64,000 bases of DNA, from the NCBI GenBank assembly GCA_040954595.2, contig CM082584.2, positions 6,204,110-6,268,109 of the forward strand, written 5' to 3'. The stretch is from Balanoglossus misakiensis (Eukaryota; Animalia; Hemichordata). A program made the translations under genes and the position numbers. Under the pieces are notes generated by a model. It was not told the DNA's origin and did not search any database. It saw nothing but the letters and a program-made list of their open reading frames with translations. Below are positions 1 through 11,600 of the stretch, one piece after another. How positions within the stretch are numbered: the stretch's first letter is position 1; each line of letters opens with the position of its first letter.

Positions 1-2649
1 TTTTCCACGGACCATTGATGATGTCATTCACATCATCCGATTGGTTGGATGTATTGACATCATCCACTAACAGTAACCAATCTTTCCGTTCTTTCAGATA
101 TCTATGTAATTTTCTCAGGCAATCTCTACCAGTAGTACCCTCAAGAGATTTCTCGATTGAAATTTTCTTAAGAGAATTCTCAAGAGCGTCTCCATTTTGA
201 GCTGATATGCGAAAAACACCACCTTTGTATTTTGATGCATTTATCTTAACATACTCATCGACTAATGCAGTCTTTCCCATCCCTTCCTCACCGTACACGA
301 CGGCAACTTTGACTTCATCATGGAAGCCGTCGAACACATTTTTAAGTGTAGACAATTCCCTTGATCTACCGACAAAATCTGAAGACACACTATCATACAA
401 GACCAGTTGTATAGCTCTCTTGAATTTAGAATAGAAAGTGAAAAGTGTGCCATAAAGACCTTTGTTTTCTTGCAGGACTTCTTTGGAACTGGTCATATCA
501 CGGATGAAATCAAAAGCAATTTCCTGTCTACCTTTCAGACGGGACATCTCTTCTTTTCTTTCACTGGTTGTGGGTTGTTCTTCTAGAGTGGACTTGTACG
601 TCCTGGCAACTTGTCTCAGATAATCTGACACCTTTGTCAAGAGGCTTGGAGTAATCTTTTCCGTCCCACACTTGATATTCTCTGGAAAGAAAAACAGGAA
701 AACCTCACACTAGTATTGGACATGAAGTCTTGGCATTGTTATTACGCTCTGGCAGTCTGGCGTGTACGTCTGCTCATGATTGCAGAACTTAGAAAAACAG
801 TGGCTTGGTAGCTGCTTTTGTGTAAATTAGCCTGAAAACGATGTTAACATGCAATATTTGAACTGATAATCATACTCTGTCATATTTCTTCATAGTTAAA
901 TGTGATGGAACTGTCATGTTTATGACTCTCGCGCTTCGAACGGACCCAAATTCTGTTGTCGGCAGTTTTAATGCGACGAGTATCCAATCAGTGTGGCCAA
1001 CTTTCCCGTCATGGTTTTTAACTTGTATGTGCATATTATCAAATTAATATGACGCTCTCCCTCACTAATAAAACTTGTCACGGTGCGGTCTTTTGTTACA
1101 ACTGTAAATGTCAATTGTTTATATCTGATAAGGCTATACATGCAATTGTAAACAATAGGCTTTGAACAAAAAAACGAAATGGTGTACTTTTCTTATAAGT
1201 ACTTAAATATTTTCATGTATAAAGATGTCGTTTTCCCTTTCGCCGCCCTGCTGGACGTCAAATCCACCATCTTAGCTGATGCAGAACCATTAAAACGACC
1301 TGAAAATGTCACACTTACCACTTACACTTCTCTCTCTCGACAAACGTTCGTCTTTCCCAATCTCACTCAACATTTCTGCAAGGCGGATAAGATCTTTCAT
1401 ACAACGATCGCATGTTTCTTCGTTCCATTCCTGGAATTCGCACTCTACCCAACGCTTGACGACCTCAAGGACAGACTGTACTCGTTCAAGTTCATGCGAG
1501 GATTTCTCTTGTAAGGTCGGACTCAGTGTTACATTCATTTCACCACCATACAGTTGAACATAAATCAAAAGCAGGCGTAATATATCTACTTCTTCTAATT
1601 TATCAAATTTCGCCTTGCCCTTTGGAAAATAGACTTTGGCCAGGTCAATATGATTCGAAACTTTGTACATGTATCCACCTTGAGAATTTGCGTTGTCATT
1701 GATATTGAAATAATTCAGTTGATCACACTGTGGGTTTGGGCTGTCTTGTTTGTCGATTGAATATTGATTCTTTAAGTATTCATACTGTTTTTTGAAAGAA
1801 TCGGTAAGGCTTTGAGCAACAAAATCGGCCATTTCCATTAATGACACACCGACCATCAGCCATCTTAGCTGATTGTCAGTTGGACGAAAGTCATCTTGTT
1901 TGGAACTTGGAGATTTGACATCAGTTGATCCTGTGGAGGTTTGAAAAGAAAATGGCACGTAAATGAACAAAAGAAGTCTGTGTAATCTGTAATTTGGTTA
2001 TGCTACAATTACATTAAATTTAACTTTCACGAATATGCTTTTAATCATTACCCCTACGTAGATTTCAGAGAGAGTATTTTAGTATAAATCCTGTCTATAT
2101 TTGCCTGTTTACAATTTATCTGTTGATTGTCTTTTGTTTTAAGCATGGGCGTGAATGTGGTGTCAATACTAGACTATTTCTGCAGGTCTATATAGCTCGA
2201 AACAAACTGAACACTATATTCATCATATCAGGATGTACATGTGTAGTGACCATGGATGAAATAAAATGGCCGGACAGAGGTTATAAAGCATCGCACCCGG
2301 AAGCAAATTTTCTGTCACATTTACAAATCTTAGTTATTAGTTTCCTTGTACGAAGAACACGACGAAACAGTTTTTAAATTGCCGAAAAATATGTATTTCA
2401 AAAAATGCATGCGTTATGATGGAATTTGGAATATTGTTTTCATGAGGTTTAAGTTTAAATGAATTTGGTTCAGTCACTGTCTCAGTAATTTTGGATGGCC
2501 TCACAAGAGGAAGTATTAAGATTGTGAGGAAATGAACTTTAATTCTCCCTTTTACGCATGTGTGTATGTGTGTGTCAAAAGTAGTCATAAATATTTTGCT
2601 CTCATCTCTCTCTCATCTCCCTCTCTCTATCTATTTCTCTCTCTCTATC

Positions 2650-2695
<46 letters not shown>

Positions 2696-3010
2696 TCTCT
2701 AACACTTTTATTGCTTACCTGATTCTTGTGCCGTCTGCCTGGTTGATATTTCAAATTGTTCAATTTTCTGCACAAGGGGAGAGCGGTCTAGCTGTTTCAT
2801 TAACTTTTTCAAGAGCTCCAAGTTGCTATACGATATGTTTCCCTGATTATGCAACTGTTGAAATATATCAGCAACACTGTTCAGTTTACTCATTGTGACT
2901 TTTTTTATTTTATCTGACAGTAAGAATTTCAACCGGTCCACTTCATCTTCGACTAGTTCCCCGTTCAGGTCATCAATTAGTTGGTTCAGTGGATTGATTG
3001 CAGTAGCCAT
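1..3010 (-). CDS. NLR/Apaf-like STAND NTPase: N-terminal DED + HEPN-like (DUF4559/DZIP3-type) domain + NB-ARC-like P-loop; 3' end lies beyond the left edge
   Basis: Exons 3010-2719, 1930-1319, 681-<1, all GT-AG with phase-1 junctions. Exon 1 is DED-like (LKFLLSDKI...DIFQQL...NLELLKKLM). Exon 3 stays open to the edge, is absent from the ORF track, and has FVGRSRELSTL, Walker A GEEGMGKT (~268-292), KYKGGVFRISA and Walker B WLLLVDDV (~58-82). Confidence 0.88.
2601..2700. repeat. (CT)n microsatellite in intron 1 of the DED-NTPase gene
   Basis: Direct reading of the ctct array. Confidence 0.95.
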
Positions 3011-3201
3011 GGTAACTGTTGTCAATCAATGACCTGTATGAAATAATGAAAAAGGGCGTTTCTATATCAAATCCGAAGAAGTTAATCATGAATGATTTAT
3101 TAGGTAAGGGTTAGGGTATATCCAACGGTTAGGGTTAGGGTTGGCCCGGATTTATTCGCTCCACAGCATCACTCCCTATATTTACAGAAACAAGGGAAGA
3201 A

Positions 3202-4460
3202 ACAAGACTACTTCTCCAAACCAGTGTGTCGATACACAGTGACTTGTATGTGATTGATCACCTTGTTTACCGTCACAGCTTGGAATTTTTCCAAAATCAA
3301 CTTGAATTTTTTCCTGTCCCGCTGTAAATACGCAAACACAATAAAAAGATCCTACCACCATTTTGAACGAGAGCTGTCGCCTATTTTATTTAATTATGTA
3401 GAAATATTCTACTTTCGTTATCATGTTGACTTGTCAAATAGCTCAAAGTTATGACCTGCCTCGTACATGTAGGTCACAACTTGAAAATGTCTCTATTTTT
3501 AAATAGTGGGCGGAGCGCTAGTATAGCTAGCCTCAGGTGCCAAAGGTTAGGCGAACTACGTGCGACAAAACTCAAGTCTCGATTTGGATGTTAGTACCGA
3601 CGCCAGTGAAGAAGCCAAAAATAAATGAGCGGGTGTTAAGCACAGCCTTACTCTCACTTAAATTCTTTTCTTACCTTTCGACACCATGGATATTTTCAAA
3701 GGGAACAGAATCCGGCGTTACTGGAAACTTGCTGTATGTTGTAAGGCTTATAAGGTTCCACCCCGGCTTCAACCAACTCCACCACCTGGAAGGAAACAAT
3801 GCAACGGCATAATGCTGCATACTTGTCCGGTCACCAAAGAAAACAGCCTAAAGAAATTATTATTTCCCTCTAGTTTCCAGACCGGTCGCTGAAGAAAATG
3901 GACCAGTTTTTAAATTGCATACTCGTAAACATACATTTGGTTCTATTAAAGCTCAGGCTAACCAGCTCGACGACGTGTATTGACTTCGATTGCGACAACA
4001 AAACCGGCTGTGTATACATACACAATTGTAATATTGAAACTTGCCGATTCATCAACCACGAATAGACCATGCACGAAATGTTTAAAACTGTGTTAGCAGT
4101 CTCCGCACGTAGTTCGCCTAACCTTTGGCACCTGAGGCTAGCTATACTAGCGCTCCGCCCACTATTTAAACATAGAGACGTTTTCAAGCTATGACCTACG
4201 AGACAGGTCATAACTTTGAGCTTTTTGACAAGTCAACATGATAACGAAAGTAGAATATTTCTACATAATTAAATAAAATAGGTGACAGCCCTCGTTCAAA
4301 ATGGTGGTAGGATCTTTTCATTATGTTTGAGTATTTACAGCGGGACAGGAAAAAATTCAAGTTGATTTTGGAAAAATTCCAAGCTATGACGGTAAACAAG
4401 GTGATCAATCACATACAAGTCACTGTGTATCGACACACTGGTTTGGAGAAGCCGTCTTGT
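3202..4460. mobile_element. Foldback/MITE-like element with ~360-bp inverted arms
   Basis: 3202-~3563 is the near reverse complement of ~4104-4460; mirror ORFs 3254+ and 4408- arise from this. No clear TSD seen. Confidence 0.8.
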
Positions 4461-4463
4461 GAG

Positions 4464-4826
4464 TCTGCATTCACATACATCTCTTGGGGGGGGGGAGAAT
4501 TACAATTTAGTTTACCGTTTTCTTTCAAATGCCCCCGTACACAACCCGAAATATGTTCAAATGCCCCCCCCCCCCATCTGAATTGCAAAAATTTCGAAAT
4601 CCCCTCTGTTTTATTGTACGTGCTGTTTTCTACTTTTGTCTTTTTTTAAGGATTGGTCCATGTTGACACAACACATGTTTTTCTCAATCAGTAACGAGAG
4701 GTTTCATTTCAAGTCCTCTCTTTCTGTCCCCAAATCATTTCAAATGCCCCATAAAACATCCTCAATTGTTTTCAAACCCCCCTGTCAATTCTCCCGCTCC
4801 CCCAGAGGTTTTTGTGAATGCAGCCT
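4464..4826. mobile_element. MITE with ctgcattcaca...tgtgaatgcag terminal inverted repeats
   Basis: Left end ctgcattcacatacatctcttggggg, right end cccccagaggtttttgtgaatgcag; internal aaatgcccc sub-repeats. Confidence 0.65.
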
Positions 4827-4834
4827 AATATATA

Positions 4835-5243
4835 ACTCAAGTCTCGGTTGGATGTTAGTACGTCAGCGAAGAAACAGCCTTATTTTAACTTCTTTTCTTA
4901 CCTTTCGACACCATGAATATTTTCAAAGGGAACAGAATCCGGCGTTACTGGAAACTTGCTGTATGTAAGGCTTATAAGGTTCCACCCCGGGTTCAACCAA
5001 CTTCACCACCTGGAAGGAAACAATGCAACGGCATAATGCTGCATTCTCGTTCGGTCACCAAAGAAAACAGCCTAAAGTAACAATTAGTATTTCCCTTTAG
5101 TTTCCAAACCGGTCGCTGAAGAAAATGGATCAGTTTTGAAATTGAATATTCGTAAAGGCCCTATGAAACATATATTTGGTTCTATTAAAGTTCGGGCTAA
5201 CCACCTCGACGACGTGTATTGACTTTGATTGCGACAACACAAC
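4835..5243. repeat. Direct duplicate of ~3570-4005
   Basis: actcaagtctcg...gattgcgacaaca occurs at both sites with high identity and small indels. Confidence 0.9.
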
Positions 5244-8217
5244 AGGCAAATGTAAATTGCAAACAGTGTCTTAACATTGTTTTAACTTTCACATCTCCTC
5301 GGATGTCCTGAAAATGCAGAACACATTGATATAAAAGTTCCAACAAAGTGACATGCTGGAACTCCAAAATGTGGCCAATGAAAAATTCCTTTTAACACAA
5401 AGTGACAGAACCTACCAGAAACGTGCCAACTCCCAGTCAGAAACAGGCGCTGCTACGCTTGGTACCACAAATACATGTGTATGTGATTGGGGTGTTCGTC
5501 CTATGGGGTAGCGCCGTGGTCATATAAAGGAAACTACTTTGCATAACAAAGTGTGTATTTGTTATGCTATTGGATATGTTATGCTAATTTCTAATTTTCC
5601 CCCGAAATGTGTGTAGTAAATTTGAATCAAACTGACTTGATGCAACCAAACATATTCACAATGAGACAAGATTTTGAGATAATATGGAAGTCAAACATTA
5701 GATTTTGCTAACATCCAGACAGGGGGTCCATTGCTATACTGAGTACCATTTGTGTACTTTAGTATCACTGTGTACCATGGATATTTACAATGATGGCGAG
5801 CAGAGCCAAACTTGAAACTCGCATATTGAAAACCATATGTGAAAAAAGTTTGCACACTCTCCAAAAGTTCAAAGTCGAAATCAACACAGGCAAATAAACA
5901 GTTGACATTACAGTCCCAATGAGATCTGAACCCCTGTCGCTTCATGGTCAATTGACCATTGTAATTTGTTGATGGAAAAATGCCATGCATGGCAGTGGGG
6001 TCAAGCCAGGAATGTGCGCCCCCTAGTGGTGATTATACAATACATCAGCGGCTGTGGTTGTCAAATAAGAACTTTTCACAGAACCATAAATCCAGATATG
6101 TCGCTAGGAGTGCATGACACTATAAACAGCACAACGAATTCACATATACATACTCAGTTAATTAAATTCAGTTTTTAATACCAGTATTAACAGTTTAGTC
6201 AAAGTGATCCATGCAAATTCAACAATATGTACACACATTGTATTCTCCGTTTACCTAAATTTGACATATAAAGGATATTATCATGTGTGATTCCGAATGA
6301 GAAAAATTAATTATTGCAACCACTACAACAAACCCATTGACAATGAAAGTGTTAATGTACTGGAAGCATTTATTATGTAGAAAGCAAGACACCAGATACA
6401 TCCTGTTTTTGACGTGATAGTATTTTAAAACACATCCATAAACATGAGATACATTCAGTACTGTAAAACATGTCTGTTAAAATATACAATACAAAAAGAA
6501 ATTCATTTTAATAAAGATTTGGGTACAATTGCACTGAAACTCAACAACGTTCAATTGTGACACTAGAGTGAACAGAAAAAAAGAAGAAGTACGTTTTGTC
6601 CAAAATTTCCTTGACAATGCGACTGCAGTCAAAAAGGAATATGATATCTGCTGGTTAAGTTTACTTTGTGATATTTTCTTTGGATGTTTGGTTAGGAGTC
6701 ACAGCAGTATGTGACAAACAGCAATACCAGTTTCAGCAATCTCTCAGAATAACAAAAATAGATACACAGCGGGTATCATCTGTAGATTTTTCAGGCAATG
6801 TCAACCCAGATCATCATCTGAATTTCAGTACAAATCACTTTTTTTTTTACATTTTTGGCAATCAAATAAGTTTTTCTTATCACAATGCAAAGTTGCACTA
6901 TAAAAACTATCTCTAAATTATTTACGGTACAGTTGATATTTTCTAAATCTATACTTAATAACTAACAATCATGCTCTAGATGGAAGTAAATATTTCATCT
7001 TTTTTTGCTGAATATTGAATCTTGACATACCAACATAAAGTTCTTTACTATAAGAGTCTATGTTGTTTGCATACACAGTTTTTTAAGTTAAAAAATAAAA
7101 GATATACCATATGATAGTTAATGTTATTACAAATAAAAAATTAAATTTATTCCATGACAGGCCAAATTAAAATCTTAGAGTTACTCCTGTGTTTTTGTAG
7201 TTTTGTCAGATGGCAGAGTAATTTCAGGGAAATTAAATCATCTCAAACAGAAATGTAATAGAGTTGTCTACATATGTAATAGATAAGGATACATGTATCT
7301 TACAAATTTAAATTCTTCACAAAAGTACTGAGATAAAATCTTAGTACTGCCACTGGGTGCATTAAAACTTTGATCTAAAATTCTAGTTAAAATTAACAAT
7401 GAACACGGTACTGATTGCAGATTTTTTTATACACATGGCCGACCTTCATTAAAAAGTATGTGTGTTAGAAATAACACCAACACGACACTTACAAAAACAG
7501 TCAACATTTTACCCAACATGCATTGTGATAGGTGATTGTTATCACAAAATAAAATATAAGACAGGTAGAACTCAGATACAATGGGATTCATGTAAACCCA
7601 AGCGCACAGTAACACAAAAGAATATGTCCTGACACTTTTAACCATACAGAATACAATATGACAGTGGACTCTGAAAAAACACTGCCAAAATCACTGCCAC
7701 TGAAATACACCTCTATCTACATGTTCTTTGAAAGCGTTAAATAGAATTTGACATCGTTTAAAAGAAGCTATGCTATAGTTATTAAATAACAATATAAATA
7801 TACATATAAAAAAATGAAATGACTTTGTACATTAAAAGTTTTGTTTTATAATCTGTACTGTAAAATGCAGCTATTTTATAACTTGCACTGTCCATACCAT
7901 ATACATGTAGTCACATGCACACACACGCTCACACACACACATACATACATACAGACATGCAATTAATTTACATTCAAAAAGCCTGAAGAGTTAGTTGGCA
8001 GTATGCATGCAATGCAAATAACTGTACTGACTTAAGAAAATAAATGTAAAGTGATGATAAAAAGAGCCAAATCTAGCTCCATTGTTCCTCAATTTAACTA
8101 AAAATTTCAATGAAATGAGCTGTTGGTTTCAGATGAGATAAATATAAAAAAATGCATTGTAGATTTTAATTTGAGACATGGTTGCATCTTTCTGAAATCG
8201 TCCGCCCGCATCAGGTA

Positions 8218-8573
8218 TTAAAGGGACAAAGTCTCTCTCTCGCTGCCCTTTTATCCATAAATTATATTTGATACAAAACACCGTTTGTTATTCTACATGT
8301 GGATATATAGTGAATGAACGTTCAACCACACACAACTTCCATCCCTCTTATAGACAGGAGAGTGAAAAAACTCGCCAAAATGAATAATCGTTCTTTACCA
8401 TTTATTCATTTTGGGCAAGTTTTTACTCTCATATCATACAAAGGGGACAAAATTAGTGTGTGGTTGATCATTGATTCACTATAAATCCACATGTACATTA
8501 ACATAAACAGTGTCTTGTATCAAACATAATTAATTGAACAAAGGGCAGCGAGAGAGAGACTTTGTCCCTTTAA
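8218..8573. mobile_element. Palindromic TTAA-flanked MITE (Kolobok-like, family 1)
   Basis: TTAA|aggg acaaagtctctctctcgctgccc ... gggcagcgagagagagactttgtccct|TTAA; the halves are near-mirror images. Confidence 0.88.
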
Positions 8574-8602
8574 ATTTTGTGACAGTTGACAGATTGCGAT
8601 CC

Positions 8603-11600
8603 TCACCAATGAATACCCCCTGTGAGGTCTTTTATAACGCCGTTATCGACAAGCCTCTTCAAGTACTGCTTTTCCAGCGGGACGTCGTGCGTGTAATGGC
8701 CAGAAATCACGCTCATGGATATGCTTTCGTAGTAGTGGATTGGCAAGCTGGGGCGATTCAGGTCGTATCCGAACCCCACCACATCAACTTCGTCGCAGAG
8801 TCTGACGGCCATGGAAATCAACATGGTGCCCGTGGTCGGTGTGTTCTGTAGGGAGGAAAGAAGCAGATCAGATATGCTAATGTTTGTCATTTTTAATTTG
8901 GATGGAAGGTGTACTCCCTGACCTTCTGACAGTGCAACTGCTCATTGATATAGAAGCCTGTGCAATGGACAATAATATACACATACTTGTGCGTTATATT
9001 TTAAAGAGACAAAGTCTCTCTCTCGCTGCCCTTTTCCCATTAATTATGTTTGATACAAGACACCGTTTATGTTATTCTACATGTGGATATATAGTGAATC
9101 AACGTTCGACCACATCACACACAACTTCCATCCCATTTGTAGGATACGAGAGTAAAAATCTCGCCAAAATGAATAAATGGTAGAGACTGATTATTCATTT
9201 TGGCGGATGGAAGTTGTGTGTACGTGTTGTGAGCAGAGAGAGAGAGACTTTGTCCCTTTAATGTCTGTTCAATTTTTTTTCCGATAACTTTTCCCTGTAT
9301 TCCAAATCTCATCAAAATAACAACTCCATATGCAATTATTCATAATGTTTTGTTAAAAAACAACTACACCTGAATGTAAGGCAACCTACCTTCTTCATGA
9401 CGCCATTATTGACTGGAAATCCAATCAAATCAAAGGAAGCTTCGCGCACCAGTAAGGGGTTGACGAGCCGCACCTCTGATGGTTTCTTGGATAAGGAGTA
9501 TGGAACACTCTTCCAAAACCCTGACATAGTCTATGGCACAAAAGGAATTTGAAGCGTTTAAGTCTAAACGTAAAACCTATTTTTTTGAGAGAGCATACTC
9601 ATGCGACACTTTGTACATGTAAAGTATCAGTGACCATTTTTTCATGGATACCAGGGGTTTTATAAATTCATTATCGTATCGTATAGGATTGTATCATATT
9701 ATATCGTATCGTATGGTATCGTATAGTATCAAATCGTATAGGATTGTATTGTATCGTACCGTATCCTATCATAAAGATGTTTACTATTTGTCAAAATGGT
9801 TATGGAATATGACTGCTAGAATTTTCCAATATCCATCACTAGAAACTTTGGCATCCGAAAACATCCCAGCCGACCATGGCACTACTTTGAGAATATCACC
9901 GAGCGAGAATACAATGCATGACAAAAGGTCAGAATTAAAAGAATCATTCCTCGGATCTGCTGCAATTCAAAGGTAATACTTGGTACTCACCGGTTGCTGG
10001 CCCGACAGAACACTATCAAGCCACTGGAAATCTTGAAGTTTAAAAGACACCAAGCCGTAGAGTGAACCGGGCTCATAGAGATTCCGCGATGTGCCTTCAG
10101 GGTATGCAACTCTCATTGTGGTTCGGCTTCCCACATCCGATTCATAGCCATCAACAGGTGCTGTGTTTAATCTGTGGCACAAAAACGATGGAAATTAATA
10201 TTAAGCCATCAGAAACCTTGGTAACCTCTTCAACAGGCAAAATGATAGATAACAAATTTGTCATCAATTAAGTGCATTTCATGAATATTTTGAAAGTCAA
10301 TTAACATACTGTATCAGGCAATCAGACCTGATTTTTAGGTCAACTATAAGCACATCTTCTGTGATATCAACACACAACACAAACAAACAGTCACATTCCC
10401 ATGTCCCAAGACAGCATCTCTGGGGCCCAAAGACTAGTCTTTTGAATTTTCCACTGAAACAACAAATCATAATTAATTTCTGTGATCAGATACAAGTGAC
10501 AGTGTCCTTATTACTTTTACATGTATACCATAACAATCCCCTATTTTCCATATGACTGCAACGCTACATAACATGGTAATCGCATGTTCATGAGAAACAG
10601 GCCACCGAAAAAAAACTCGCACCTGAAAACAGCATCATATCCATCGATGACTCGACCCAGTCCTTTGCCGGACAATATACCGCCACTACCGACAATGACA
10701 CACCGCATGCAGCCATTGCTGTGAAGAAAACAGAGATAGAAAAAACATGTCAACACAAACAGCTCAAAACAACTGGAACAGTGGAGTGCTTCTCCTTAAG
10801 GGTTTAAACAACATCAATACTCAGCTCTGGGGCCATTTGCAGGATGTAGGTCACGACTGAAGTTCGGAGCAGCTTCATGTCTGGAGCTGAAAGGATAACA
10901 GCTGAATGTACTTTGCGTACGTGGTCGTGGTCGAACGTTGATTCACTATATATCCACATGTAGAAAAAACATAGACAGTGTCTTGCATCAAACATAATTA
11001 ATGCAAAAAGGGCAGCGAGAGAGAGACTTTGTCCCTTTAAAAGAAGGACTACATGTACGTGTATAATATGTTTGTAAAGAATTGACAGTTTGAGACAATG
11101 TGCATTTAGGTTACCCATTGCTCTGTACAGACCTGTAGTGAATCACCTTATCAATGGGGCAATGCACTGAAGTCAAAATCTACAAGCATCATCAAAGACC
11201 AGAGTTCTCTTCTTGACAACGGACAAGACTGAAAATGTCAATGTGTTTACTGGTAATAAATTTGACACACTTACATGTTCAGAAGTTCTCTTGGAGACCG
11301 GTGATCCGTCAGTCTGCTTAATAAACTCGTTACTGTGGGAACTGTTAGGACAGACAATATCAAGATTAAAATTTAATTAAACCATACATCTTTTTACACA
11401 ATTAAAGAAGGTGACATACAAAACACTGAGATATTTTCCAGAATTGTAAATTTCTGTCGATTATGGAAGTCATAAACCCTTGAAAAAATATATTTGCTAG
11501 CTCACAGTGCAGATACTGGGTATAAGGAGTCCTGATCATATACAGTACACAGCCAGTTTTATACATCACATTACATGCATTTTCAAGGACTTTCTATATC

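Noticed and set aside
3103-3142. TTAGGG-like repeats
   Set aside because: Only a few degenerate units; more likely a repeat-element remnant than a telomere.
3254-4408. Two near-identical 66-aa ORFs on opposite strands
   Set aside because: By-product of the inverted repeat arms; non-ATG starts and no domain.
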